Shown here: positions 1-9,347 of the stretch, one piece after another | Layout: each line of letters begins with the position of its first letter | Position numbering within the stretch: position 1 is the first letter of the stretch | Assembly (NCBI GenBank): GCA_000146465.1 | Contig: CP001951.1 | Reading direction: 5' to 3' (one strand) | DNA length: 64,000 nucleotides | Notes under the pieces: generated by a model | The model's input: only the letters and a program-made list of their open reading frames with translations | Told to the model about the DNA's origin: nothing | Database searches by the model: none | Made by a program: the position numbers and the translations under genes

Positions 1-390
1 TCGTCCAAGTCTCTTATGTCTTTCTTCAGTCCAATAAGAAAGAACTGGGACGAGGGGCAATAGTTCTTTATTTCCATCAGCCATTTTCTTGATATGTTTG
101 GAATCTTCTTCTTGTTTTCTATTGTGTAGCATAACAATACAAGGTCTGTCTCCTTATATGAAAGAGGTCTGATTGTGTCATAATCCTCTTGCCCTGCCGT
201 GTCCCACAATGCTAAGGAAACATACTTGTCGTCCGAAATTTTTACTTCTTTAACAAAGTTATCAACAACAGTGGGAATGTATGTTTCGGGGAACTGGTTT
301 CTTCTAAATACCTCGAGTAAACATGTCTTTCCACAGGCCCCGTCTCCCACAACGACAACTTTTCCAGACTTGTGCGTCTTGTTATTCATT
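1..390 (-). CDS. Rho-family small GTPase (RHO1/CDC42-like), partial: the C-terminus runs off the window start
   Basis: Reverse-complement translation from the ATG at 390-388 gives MNNKTHKSGKVVVVGDGACGKTCLLEVF...ALWDTAGQEDYDTIRPLSY. This contains the P-loop GDGACGKT and the Rho signature WDTAGQEDYD. It is absent from the ORF track because there is no stop codon inside the window. Confidence 0.85.
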
Positions 391-613
391 ATTTAGTTTT
401 TTTACTTCTTTCTTTTTATGTGAAGCTTAAAGGAGATTTTCCATTTGTTAGGCCTCCATTTTTACATTTCCTACATCATTGGTTATCTGGAGGTCTGCAA
501 TTGGTTTGTCTTCTTCAAACAATTAACCTGATAACACAGCAATTAAATGAGGGAATAGGGGAAGCTTCATCAACCTTAGCAACAACAAATAAGACTGTGG
601 ATTTTGGAACTAA

Positions 614-940
614 CTACCTCTTTTTTCTTTTTTTCTTAGATATTCCCATAAATTCCAGTCTTTCTCTCTCTGCAATTGCACTTGCTTTTTTTGTTTCTAT
701 TCTTTGAATTATACGGTTAAGTGGGACGGTATATTTCTTTACATGTCCGCCAAGCCTTTCCATTTTTTTTCTCTTTAGAGTAATTCTTTCTTTGGGTGTT
801 TTACTATTCTCTATGACCTTCTCGATTTCTTTTATGCATTCTTGAAGCTCCGCTTGTACTTTTCTCGGCATGGAGGGTATGCTTATGTGAGTCTTAAGTC
901 TCTGTGAGCGGGGAGTTTTGTCATTAATCTCTATAAACAT
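614..940 (-). CDS. small lysine/arginine-rich protein, function unknown (possibly ribosome-associated)
   Basis: 108-aa ORF with a KKKRKKR C-terminus. An ATG start and TAG stop are seen in the sequence. It sits in a 12-bp divergent arrangement with the cofilin gene. I found no confident family match. Confidence 0.45.
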   Translation of the reverse strand: MFIEINDKTPRSQRLKTHISIPSMPRKVQAELQECIKEIEKVIENSKTPKERITLKRKKMERLGGHVKKYTVPLNRIIQRIETKKASAIAERERLEFMGISKKKRKKR

Positions 941-952
941 TAACCCCTAGAA

Positions 953-1420
953 ATGAGCTTGACGATACCTGGGCTAGATCTTATAAGAAACGAGATTGAG
1001 GAGATCAAAAGTGGAAATCTTCGATATACAATCGCCAATCTGTCGATCAAAGAGCCTATATCATTATCTGTCCTCCGAAACGGAGGAAGGGTCAAAGACT
1101 TTGATTACAAGAGAAAGTACACCATAAAAGAGCTTCAGGGGATATTTGAGGAATTTTCGGAAAGTGTCAATGAGCAGGATCCCTGTCTTGTAGTATATGA
1201 CTTCATACACTTCGACGATGATGGAATTCAAAAAAACACCCTGTGTTTGATCTCCTACATTCCCGAGCATCTTGTACCACTTAAGAAGGTTGCATATTCT
1301 ACCAATGCCTTAAACCTTAAGGAACTACTGGATATTTCCGTTCATATCTCCATAAAAAAGAAATCTGACCTCATCTTCGATAACATTGCCGAGAAGTGTG
1401 CAGCGTCACGGATGAAATAA
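953..1420 (+). CDS. COF1: cofilin / actin-depolymerizing factor (ADF-H domain)
   Basis: The 155-aa product aligns with yeast cofilin over the C-terminal half: DPCLVVYDFIHFDDDG matches DCLYAIYDFEYE, and LISYIPEHLVPLKKVAYSTNALNLKEL matches [28 protein letters not shown]. ATG start and TAA stop are present. Confidence 0.7.
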   Translation: MSLTIPGLDLIRNEIEEIKSGNLRYTIANLSIKEPISLSVLRNGGRVKDFDYKRKYTIKELQGIFEEFSESVNEQDPCLVVYDFIHFDDDGIQKNTLCLISYIPEHLVPLKKVAYSTNALNLKELLDISVHISIKKKSDLIFDNIAEKCAASRMK

Positions 1421-1897
1421 ATGTTTTATTATTATGCCATTTATATTCATCCTACTGATGTGCCAATCTTAAATATTTCCATTCAAGATACCAAAGAGAT
1501 GGGTCTTGGAATAAACACAAAATCTGTTAGAGGACTAAGAAGATTTACAAGAAGTAAGACCCAAGTTATTTTCTTCGATAATTCCCGTTCTCCAAAGACA
1601 AGTAAGAACACACAGAAGCACCAGGAATGCAGGGAAGACCAGCCTGCTGAAAATATTCCACAAGTGAGTAATGTTTTGAAGGCCGAGGAGAGAATGTTTC
1701 CTTTTGAGAAGCTCCTAGAAACCTTTACCAACTTGGAAAAAAAGAAGATACAGAAAACCTTAAGGCCCTGCGATGGCATCAATCCCATGAAGACTTTGAG
1801 GAAAGATTCATTTGCAGAAAGGTATTTTGACTCTCCTTCTGGGACCTTCCTTGGAAAAGAGAGACATATATCTTCATCTTCTCAAGAGCGTACATAA
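1421..1897 (+). CDS. hypothetical protein
   Basis: 158-aa ORF whose ATG directly follows the cofilin stop codon. The real start may be the internal Met in EMGLG. It is basic and Ser/Thr/Lys-rich with no recognisable domain, and a 101-aa antisense ORF overlaps it. Confidence 0.3.
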   Translation: MFYYYAIYIHPTDVPILNISIQDTKEMGLGINTKSVRGLRRFTRSKTQVIFFDNSRSPKTSKNTQKHQECREDQPAENIPQVSNVLKAEERMFPFEKLLETFTNLEKKKIQKTLRPCDGINPMKTLRKDSFAERYFDSPSGTFLGKERHISSSSQERT

Positions 1898-1978
1898 GAT
1901 TGATTTGGAAACCAGGGAGATCTAAGATGGAGTAAGAGTACAGATGGTTTTAAAAACTTTTTGCGAAGAGGCCAAGCC

Positions 1979-2839
1979 ATGGAAAATAAAAAAGAAGAAA
2001 TCAGAAGGCACTATAACAACATTAGGGAAAAAGGAAAAGAAGGCCGACAGAAGAGTAAGGCCATAAATATCAGGAATACAAACAATTTCATCAAATCTTG
2101 TCTTATAAGGCTATACACAAAGAAAGGAGACAGTGTTTTAGATCTTGGATGTGGCAAGGGAGGAGACTTGTTGAAATACGAGAATGCGAACATTAGCGAG
2201 TATTATGGAATTGATATTGCAGAGGTGTCAATAAATGACGCACGGATAAGAGCAAAGAACATGAAGAGGAGGTTCAAGGCTTCATTCAAGGCTCAGGATG
2301 CATACGGCCAGGAGATAGATCTCGGGAAACAATTTGACGTAGTGTCTTCCCAGTTTAGCTTCCATTATGCCTTTTCTAGCAGTGAGACTCTAAGTATATC
2401 GGTAGGAAATGTTGCACGGCATCTGAAGCCAGGTGGGTATTTTATTATGACCATTCCATCCAGGGATGTTATTCTTAGAAGATATGAACAGGATAGAATG
2501 TCTAATGAATTCTATAAGATCGAAATCGATAGGAAAGAGTCCATTCCAAAGGAAGACATCAAGGAATATCGATTCACCCTGGTGGACTCGGTAAATAACT
2601 GTATTGAGTATTTCGTTGATTTCCCTACCATGGTAAGTGAATTCAAGAAGTTAGGAGTTGTGTTGGTGGAAAGAAAAGGGTTCATTGATTTCCTTGAAGA
2701 GGAAAGTAAAAAGAACCTTGAGCTATTTAGGAGAATGAAAGTTAAATGTCTAGAAAAAGGAGAATTAGAAGTTGTTGGGATTTATGAAGTTATCGTTTTC
2801 CAAAAGCTAAGCCCGAAGGAAGAGTCAAGTGTTCAATAA
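1979..2839 (+). CDS. ABD1: mRNA cap guanine-N7 methyltransferase (Ecm1/ABD1 type)
   Basis: Contains the SAM-binding motif [15 protein letters not shown] and the upstream NNFIKSCLI motif typical of cap N7-methyltransferases. Its length of about 286 aa matches microsporidian Ecm1. The track start at 1961 is a TTG codon, and the first ATG is at 1979. Confidence 0.9.
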   Translation: MENKKEEIRRHYNNIREKGKEGRQKSKAINIRNTNNFIKSCLIRLYTKKGDSVLDLGCGKGGDLLKYENANISEYYGIDIAEVSINDARIRAKNMKRRFKASFKAQDAYGQEIDLGKQFDVVSSQFSFHYAFSSSETLSISVGNVARHLKPGGYFIMTIPSRDVILRRYEQDRMSNEFYKIEIDRKESIPKEDIKEYRFTLVDSVNNCIEYFVDFPTMVSEFKKLGVVLVERKGFIDFLEEESKKNLELFRRMKVKCLEKGELEVVGIYEVIVFQKLSPKEESSVQ

Positions 2840-4369
2840 AAATCCAAATTGATCTCCAATCTCATCTACTTTCTTCCGGAGGTCATTGGACAACCTTGGT
2901 GGCTCAAACGCAAGAATATTAGACAAGTAGTACATAACTATGGAATGCCCTTCTACCAATGGTTTTATACGCCTTAAGATCCTTAGATGCTCCATCGGCA
3001 TCTCTTCTATAATTCTTACAATCTCCATCAGAATCTGTACGTCCGATGCTTTTTGCTCAATCATTCCTTTCACTATTCCTATTATTTTTGTGGCATGGCC
3101 CTCCATGTATTTGTTTATCATCTTGTACAAGTCTTTAACATCTTCCGAGTCTGGAGGTCCCAGCAAATGCTTCGTTTCGTAGATGTCCTTTATTACAGAT
3201 TCGAGATCAGAGAACTTTTTTAGCTCCACCGACTCATAGCATTTATCTATATATTCCAGTACCTTATTTTTTAGATGTCTTTTCTCTTCTTTGGAAACAA
3301 CATCAATAAAAAGATTGAAAACATCCTCCATGTGTGCCATTGCATCTTTAAATGTCTCAACTGTTACAGAAGGTATCTTTCTAAACCCATCGTCAATCAC
3401 TTTGGTCTTGACCCTCTTAAGATGAGAAAAGTAAACCATTTTGGCATCTGATGAAAGCTCGACCACCTTTGTGTTTTCTTTTAGTTTTCTTATCCACACC
3501 TTGATGAAAAGTAGTTCCTTGTTGTACAAAATCTTTTCAATACATTCAAAATAGTGATCCGTTGCTAGGATTTGGATCTTTCCATCAACCCTCCCCATAA
3601 TCTTCAGATAGTGTCTTGTAATTTCTTTCAGACACTCTTCCTCATCTAGATAAGATAGTTCTAAACTCTTTGTACTATTTTCCTTGAAGTTGACTAATAG
3701 AGTATTCATAATTTTATGTTCGGACTTGTGCTCGCAAACCTTAAAATACAAATCAAAGTAGTAAAGTGCCTCATGGAAGGTGCATCCAGGCCTCTGAATA
3801 TTCCTGTAGATGATTTCTAGGAATTCGCATCTTTCATCGTGGATGGAATTCCAAACCTTCTGTATATACACAGAGTTCTTCAGTTCCAAATACATCTCCA
3901 TGGCGCCTTTGTATATGTCAACAAACCTCTCGAGATTATGGAGATTTCTTCGAAGATAAAACTTGACATTGAACAATAAAGAATATTTCTTCATGTAGTA
4001 CTCCCTTCTTCCTCCCTCTATCTTCCCTTCCACATCATCAGATATTCCTGAGGTCATCTTCCTGAACTTTTCTTCAACCACTTTAATGTTGTTTTCAAGA
4101 TCTGTGGTGAATTCCTTATCATATCCTTTCTGCTTGATATCTACCCAAATCTCTTCTAAAACTGTTCTACACTGCACAAACTTTCCAAAGTGCTGCTTCA
4201 CAAGCTGCTTATTTCTAACCTTTGTTCTATTTATCACCTTTGTCAAGAATATCAACGCATCATTCAGATCATACTCGGTAGCATTTGCATATGTCTTGTT
4301 TATCACATCCACTGCATTGAACTCTTTGCCGGGGTTGCCTGGCTCCTGGCTCTCCGCATCCATAGCCAT
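2825..4369 (-). CDS. hypothetical protein, possibly a tethering-complex subunit (CATCHR/Sec5-like motif [10 protein letters not shown])
   Basis: Long ORF; the track start at 4426 is a GTG codon. The first ATG at 4369 lies just downstream of a C-rich motif and gives 514 aa. Predicted helical, with only weak similarity to the FxxFVxCxxTI motif of exocyst Sec5 or Vps51. Confidence 0.55.
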   Translation of the reverse strand: MAMDAESQEPGNPGKEFNAVDVINKTYANATEYDLNDALIFLTKVINRTKVRNKQLVKQHFGKFVQCRTVLEEIWVDIKQKGYDKEFTTDLENNIKVVEEKFRKMTSGISDDVEGKIEGGRREYYMKKYSLLFNVKFYLRRNLHNLERFVDIYKGAMEMYLELKNSVYIQKVWNSIHDERCEFLEIIYRNIQRPGCTFHEALYYFDLYFKVCEHKSEHKIMNTLLVNFKENSTKSLELSYLDEEECLKEITRHYLKIMGRVDGKIQILATDHYFECIEKILYNKELLFIKVWIRKLKENTKVVELSSDAKMVYFSHLKRVKTKVIDDGFRKIPSVTVETFKDAMAHMEDVFNLFIDVVSKEEKRHLKNKVLEYIDKCYESVELKKFSDLESVIKDIYETKHLLGPPDSEDVKDLYKMINKYMEGHATKIIGIVKGMIEQKASDVQILMEIVRIIEEMPMEHLRILRRIKPLVEGHSIVMYYLSNILAFEPPRLSNDLRKKVDEIGDQFGFLLNT

Positions 4370-4426
4370 AGACAATAGAAAAATTTTATCACCTTGTATT
4401 AGAAAAAAACAAATGGAATCACCCAC

Positions 4427-4849
4427 ATGCCAGGGCTATTTGCTGCCAACAATCTGATAAAGAGCAGAAAGGCCAAGAGACTAGCCGATACTACTTACAG
4501 AAAGCGAGCCCTTGGGACAAAGTACAAGCATAGTGTGCTTGGAAGAGCCCCACAAGCAAAGGCCATCGTTCTGGAAAAGATTGGAGTGGAAGCCAAACAA
4601 CCAAACTCTGCTATAAGAAAGGCTGTTAGGTGCCAACTGATTGCCACTGGAAAGAAGATAACGGCATTCGTGCCCTATGACGGATCGGTTACATACATCG
4701 AAAGCAATGATGAGGTAACCGTAGAAGGATTTGGTAAAAAGGGAAGAAGTTTTGGAGATATTCCTGGAATTCGGTTCAAAGTCTGCAAAGTACAGAATGT
4801 GTCTTTGCATGCAATATTTACAGGAAAGAAGGAAAAGCCTTCAAGATAA
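4427..4849 (+). CDS. RPS23: 40S ribosomal protein S23 (uS12)
   Basis: Aligns almost end to end with eukaryotic RPS23: [98 protein letters not shown] at 4427 is preceded by the C-rich motif cacccac. Confidence 0.95.
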   Translation: MPGLFAANNLIKSRKAKRLADTTYRKRALGTKYKHSVLGRAPQAKAIVLEKIGVEAKQPNSAIRKAVRCQLIATGKKITAFVPYDGSVTYIESNDEVTVEGFGKKGRSFGDIPGIRFKVCKVQNVSLHAIFTGKKEKPSR

Positions 4850-4891
4850 TATTAAAGTTCAGTTAACTGTTTGTATTTTAACGAAAAATCT

Positions 4892-5518
4892 TTACTTTTG
4901 TTGTTTTTTTTGCTCTTCAAGAGACAATCGGATGGCTTCTGCCAACTCGGGATCATCCTCTTCAACCAGATCATTCCCGCTTATAAACGGTAGAACCCGG
5001 TCAATAAACTCTTCGTTGGTTTTAACCTCTATGCAAGAAAAGTTTGTGAAGTCGATCTTTTTGAAGGCTTCTACCATTTCTACTGCTTCTCCGAAAAAAA
5101 CCATTTTGATTCCAATGCCAAATGTCAAGAGCTGGTATATCCTTGCAAATAGCTCATCCTTCTCCGACTCTTGGAGCTCTGAAGCCAGAAAGACCACTAG
5201 TATACATCCAGGAGAATCTCTCTGATTGAAGATGTGAAGGGATTGAGAAAGACATCTCATAATGTCTCCTTCCTTATTCAACTTTATGTCATTAAGAAAG
5301 GTTTTTATGTGTGATCTCTGCTTTGTAGGTGTAATTATATCATTGGATTGTACTTGCACCAAAGGAATGATTCCTATTGTATTTTCTTGGTTATCCTCAA
5401 ACTTCCTAGATATCAGAGATTCTACTGTTTCCTTCTGTACAATGAATCTACTAGGAAGATAGTCTTGGTTTTGAGAAGCCATTCCATTATCAAACAATAC
5501 AACAATAGTTTCAGGCAT
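4892..5518 (-). CDS. RPN10: 26S proteasome regulatory subunit RPN10 (VWA domain plus UIM)
   Basis: The N-terminus MPETIVVLFDNGMASQNQDYLPSRFIVQKETV matches the RPN10 VWA domain. The C-terminus carries a ubiquitin-interacting motif EEDDPELAEAIRLSLEE. ATG is verified. Confidence 0.9.
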   Translation of the reverse strand: MPETIVVLFDNGMASQNQDYLPSRFIVQKETVESLISRKFEDNQENTIGIIPLVQVQSNDIITPTKQRSHIKTFLNDIKLNKEGDIMRCLSQSLHIFNQRDSPGCILVVFLASELQESEKDELFARIYQLLTFGIGIKMVFFGEAVEMVEAFKKIDFTNFSCIEVKTNEEFIDRVLPFISGNDLVEEDDPELAEAIRLSLEEQKKQQK

Positions 5519-5645
5519 CTAGGGGTGGCCTATTCTACAAATTTAGAAGAAAAACTTCTGGAAAGAGCCTCCTAGAACAACTCTACCCAAAGAGGCCATC
5601 CAGCTGGTATGGAAACTATCAAGTATGATTTATTAAGGATTTATC

Positions 5646-7256
5646 TTAGCATTCAGTCAATTCCACATTGATAAAGTCATTTTTCTCAATGGATTCCTTG
5701 TATTTTTTGTTTATGTAAAGGACAGACCTGACCCACATTATACAAAATATCCCTACAAACACAGTGGATATAGAAACCATGTTTCTAACATCTCGAACAT
5801 CAAACACCACCGTTATAAGAGTGCAGTACACAGACCCTATTGTTTTTCCAATGTTTATCCCTAGCCCATCGTGTATTCCCCTGAAGGAATGGCGATGAGA
5901 AGGGGGGACTCTTATAGAGGCTGCTTCCTTTGCAACGTCAAAAAAACAATACTTGGATATTTTTATGATCGTATTCAAAAACATCCCGGTATAGTTTTCC
6001 AAAACAAAGCTCCCCAGGTACCCCTCCCGGGGTGTGATGACTTCATCTTCAGAAATGTTGTTGAAGAAAACCATGGGAAAAAACAAAACCAATGTGATTA
6101 TAGCGATAGCAGGTGCTGTTATGGCCACTAAAAACCATCCCTTTCTCTCTATAAGATGAGTTGCAGGCCTGAAGAACATTACAATCAAAAAGGCGGAAGT
6201 TATTATCTGTGCCATGGCATTAAGTTTGTTGATATAAGAAGATCCAGACAAAGAAGCCTGAACAGCTCCCAATACTACTCCTCCTCTATAGGTTGCTTCG
6301 AATATGTTTGAGCACACGGAAGTAGCTATTACAGACTCGGTCATTGCCATGAGAAACCTAGACTTCCTCATTATTCTTAACGACTTAGTAAACCCCATTT
6401 TGTGGTCCTTATACTCCTTCTTACTTCCATACTCTCGATCGTCTTTTGGTGTAAATTTGTCGGTGAAATAGCTTGTTATTGCTGATACAGCTGTCAAAAT
6501 GGATGTTACAACAAATACCTGAGAGAACAGACTTTCCTTTTTGCTATATGGTAGGGTGTCCCTATAACTGTTTAGGCTTCTTGTAAGCAAACCAGAGGAA
6601 AGCAAGACCATTCCTGATATCAAGGATACCACCGGTAAGAACTTCTTTAGCTGGGCTTCTGTGCTCTGATGAATTGCTCTTGAGAAGAACATAAAGGAAA
6701 TTATAAGAGACCCCCACAACTCTGCCACAAGATATAACACAGTAGAAGCCCATTCGTTAAAGACAAGAAATATGGGAAAGAAAAAGTCCAAATGTCTTAT
6801 CTTCATTTTTCCATCGCTGAATATATCTCTTGACCAAAAGAAGTCTGGCTGAAGCTTCTTAGAACAGGGCCAGATTACCAACCCAAATAGCAAGAAGAAC
6901 ACAGATAAAATTATAAGGACAACTTCGAGAATTCTTGGCTGGCTAAGAAATTTCAGCCCTTTCTGTACAATAACGATGAAAAAGAAAGTCACCGGTAAGA
7001 CTAACACAGACTTTATGAACAATATCGAGCTAGGGATTTGAGTGTTCATCATCACCATATCGCCTAGAATGTACAAAAATGCGTCAATGTACGAAAGTAA
7101 AGCATAAAGTAAGCTAAAAAGAAGAGTTGCCTTGGTGTCGTTGCTGATATCATTAATTCTCTGGAGGGTTCTGCTATATATGGAAGCACAATGTCTTTCT
7201 TTTCCAAGTATCTTGTCTTCGCAGCCGGCTAAATCAGTGCATTCATTTTCTAGCAT
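5646..7256 (-). CDS. NTT: plastidic/bacterial-type ATP/ADP nucleotide transporter (NTT, TLC family), paralog A
   Basis: 536-aa polytopic membrane protein with the TLC-family core FLVFNEWASTVLYLVAELWGSLIISFMFFSRA and SRDIFSDGKM. It is homologous to the two other NTT ORFs in this window. ATG is verified. Confidence 0.9.
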   Translation of the reverse strand: MLENECTDLAGCEDKILGKERHCASIYSRTLQRINDISNDTKATLLFSLLYALLSYIDAFLYILGDMVMMNTQIPSSILFIKSVLVLPVTFFFIVIVQKGLKFLSQPRILEVVLIILSVFFLLFGLVIWPCSKKLQPDFFWSRDIFSDGKMKIRHLDFFFPIFLVFNEWASTVLYLVAELWGSLIISFMFFSRAIHQSTEAQLKKFLPVVSLISGMVLLSSGLLTRSLNSYRDTLPYSKKESLFSQVFVVTSILTAVSAITSYFTDKFTPKDDREYGSKKEYKDHKMGFTKSLRIMRKSRFLMAMTESVIATSVCSNIFEATYRGGVVLGAVQASLSGSSYINKLNAMAQIITSAFLIVMFFRPATHLIERKGWFLVAITAPAIAIITLVLFFPMVFFNNISEDEVITPREGYLGSFVLENYTGMFLNTIIKISKYCFFDVAKEAASIRVPPSHRHSFRGIHDGLGINIGKTIGSVYCTLITVVFDVRDVRNMVSISTVFVGIFCIMWVRSVLYINKKYKESIEKNDFINVELTEC

Positions 7257-7415
7257 TTAGGGTATTATCTTAAGAAAATTAAATTGGTTTGTTATTTAAG
7301 ACTTTGATTCTTTTGTATGACATGTTTATATTAAACCGGAGAGCCGAGTCGAGAACTAGACCTCATAGCGAAGATAATCAAAAGAGAATTGATTTCTCCC
7401 TCGCAATCCCAAGTA

Positions 7416-7838
7416 ATGGATGATAATTGGAAAGCCTTCAACTTGAAAATCGAGCATGGATTAGGACACAAAAGGACTCTTGAATGGGAAAGGATTGTAA
7501 AGCATCGCATAAGACAAAATTCGCTAAATTTAGCAAGTGAAAATGAAATTGAGCGGTATTCCGATAAGTACTTTAAAAGTCTTCTTTCAGAGGACATGAT
7601 AAAGGAGATAGTAAGTGTGGAACTGATGCCACCCGAGATCTCAAGGACATTTGGAGAAAAGAAAGAGAAGAATATGGAGGACATTGAAGGAATTGAAAGC
7701 TCAGCTTCGGAGGAGTATGATGGGTCGGATGAAACTGAGAATAGTAATGATGTTGAAAACGACTATGAAGAGAACTTCTATGAAAATGAAGAGGATGATG
7801 AGCTTACTGAAGAAAAAGATGAAGAAGGATTCTTCTGA
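7416..7838 (+). CDS. hypothetical protein with a strongly acidic C-terminal tail
   Basis: The track ORF starts at a TTG codon at 7389. The first ATG at 7416 is preceded by ctccctcgcaatccc. The product MDDNWKAFNLKIEH... ends in a 60-aa Glu/Asp-rich tail. A 117-aa antisense ORF overlaps it. Confidence 0.45.
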   Translation: MDDNWKAFNLKIEHGLGHKRTLEWERIVKHRIRQNSLNLASENEIERYSDKYFKSLLSEDMIKEIVSVELMPPEISRTFGEKKEKNMEDIEGIESSASEEYDGSDETENSNDVENDYEENFYENEEDDELTEEKDEEGFF

Positions 7839-7923
7839 TATAAGCCGAGGTGGACGGGATAGATCTTCGTTTGTCTAAATATAAAATTTTTGTAAACTCA
7901 ATAGCCTTGGTTTGGATTTTAGA

Positions 7924-9126
7924 ATGGAATTCGATGAACTAAATATTGATGATTCTTTGGTACAAGCATGCCAAAGAAATGGAATTACTAGGCCTACGGA
8001 AATTCAGAAGCAGGTAATTCCTATGGTACTTGGAGGAAACGACATTATAGCTGTTTCGCAGACGGGGTCGGGAAAGACCCTTGCATTTGTTCTTCCAATA
8101 GTGTCACGCCTTCTGCTGAAGAACAGATCTTTTTTCTGTCTAGTGGTTGCTCCAACAAGGGAATTGTCTTCGCAAATTGCCGAATGCTTTAATATGTTTG
8201 GATCCACAGGCCTGAGGGTTTGCTTACTTGTTGGAGGGACTAATTTTAATCTTCAGGCCAATCAGCTTTCCAAGCATCCTCATATTGTTGTTGGGACACC
8301 GGGAAGAATAGCTGAACATATTCTAAAGACCAAGTCATTCAAAGCAGAAAGAATAAGGAAACTTGTGCTTGATGAGGCAGATCGATTCTTCGAACAAGAC
8401 TTTGTAGAGGATTTGGAAACCATTATCCGAAGCTTGAGAGAGAAGAGACAGACACTCCTCTTTACGGCGACAATGTCTAATGAAATATCCAAGTTGTCCA
8501 GTTCGATACTTATAAAGCCCAAGACCATTCGTGTAGTAGAAGGATATGAAACGGTTTCTGCTTTGAAAGAATACTATTTCTTCACAGCAATGAAATGGAA
8601 GAGTTCTGCCTTGGTTGAATTCCTTGAGATGAATCCAGGTGCATCTACTATTGTATTTGTATCAATGTGCATAACTGCTCGAGTAATGTCTCTGGCGCTG
8701 AGTAAGCTTGGATTCCATTCGGAAGCACTCTATGGGGAATTGAGCCAGGAAAAAAGAGAAGAAACCATGAGGATGTTCAAGGAGAATAAGTTCAGCGTCC
8801 TTGTTTGCACCGATGTTGGGAGCAGAGGATTGGATATAAGCCATGTAGACTTGGTGATAAACTTCGATGTTCCAAAGAGTGGAAAGGACTATGTTCACCG
8901 TGTTGGAAGAACTGCTAGAGCAGGAAGGGCAGGAACAGCTATTACGCTCGTGACTCAATACGATGTTGAACAACTTCAGAGAGTGGAATTTGTGCTGAAG
9001 AAGAGTCTAGAAGAATTTAAACCGGTAAAGAAGAACTTCGAATCAATACGCGAGAAGGTTGAAGAAACTATCCAAGAAGCCCAGGAGATTCTCAAGGGGG
9101 AAAGAAAAAGAAATAGAAGACATTGA
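7924..9126 (+). CDS. DBP8: DEAD-box ATP-dependent RNA helicase, DBP8/DDX49-like
   Basis: Helicase motifs Q (TEIQ), I (GSGKTLAF), Ia (PTRELSSQI), II (DEAD), III (TAT) and VI (HRVGRTARAGR). The closest pattern is DBP8: QANQLSKHPHIVVGTPGRIAEHI and RQTLLFTAT. The track start at 7912 is a TTG, and the first ATG is at 7924. Confidence 0.85.
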   Translation: MEFDELNIDDSLVQACQRNGITRPTEIQKQVIPMVLGGNDIIAVSQTGSGKTLAFVLPIVSRLLLKNRSFFCLVVAPTRELSSQIAECFNMFGSTGLRVCLLVGGTNFNLQANQLSKHPHIVVGTPGRIAEHILKTKSFKAERIRKLVLDEADRFFEQDFVEDLETIIRSLREKRQTLLFTATMSNEISKLSSSILIKPKTIRVVEGYETVSALKEYYFFTAMKWKSSALVEFLEMNPGASTIVFVSMCITARVMSLALSKLGFHSEALYGELSQEKREETMRMFKENKFSVLVCTDVGSRGLDISHVDLVINFDVPKSGKDYVHRVGRTARAGRAGTAITLVTQYDVEQLQRVEFVLKKSLEEFKPVKKNFESIREKVEETIQEAQEILKGERKRNRRH

Positions 9127-9347
9127 TGCATAGGACTATCAATAAAGATAAGTATTTACATTCTCATAGAATGAAGAATAAATTAGATATCCGCTTAGGT
9201 TTTATTTTGAGTTTTCTAATCTATGTTCCATCTTTTTAAGTGAATAGAAGGTTAAAACAGAGATGAAACCACATCGGACACAAGTATCAACATGTTAGAG
9301 CTTGAAGGATTATTGAAAGTATTTACTTTCCTTGGAGTTCCACATCA

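Noticed and set aside
199-707. Plus-strand ORFs 199-396 and 372-707 at the window start
   Set aside because: They overlap the antisense strand of the Rho GTPase gene and the small basic-protein gene. Their translations are low-complexity (poly-F/L) and unrecognisable, so they are spurious.
901-960. Indexing discrepancies of 1 nt between my position counts and ORF-track coordinates on a few lines (also near 43801-43820 and 45881-45884)
   Set aside because: The translations in the track fit the sequence once shifted by one base. Flanking lines agree exactly. I treated this as a counting or formatting artefact, not a biological indel, and used track coordinates for those genes.
8004-8973. Antisense ORFs inside the DBP8 gene (8004-8207, 8280-8528, 8662-8973). 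Similar antisense ORFs lie inside the dynein, MSH6, RPA1, importin and DHR1 genes
   Set aside because: Each lies opposite a strongly supported conserved gene. Their products are low-complexity or Ser/Leu-rich with no motifs. They are typical shadow ORFs of long open frames.
9124-9135. TGATGCA immediately after the DBP8 stop codon, as a possible C box
   Set aside because: There is no downstream CUGA D box or terminal stem within 150 nt. The match coincides with the stop codon context.
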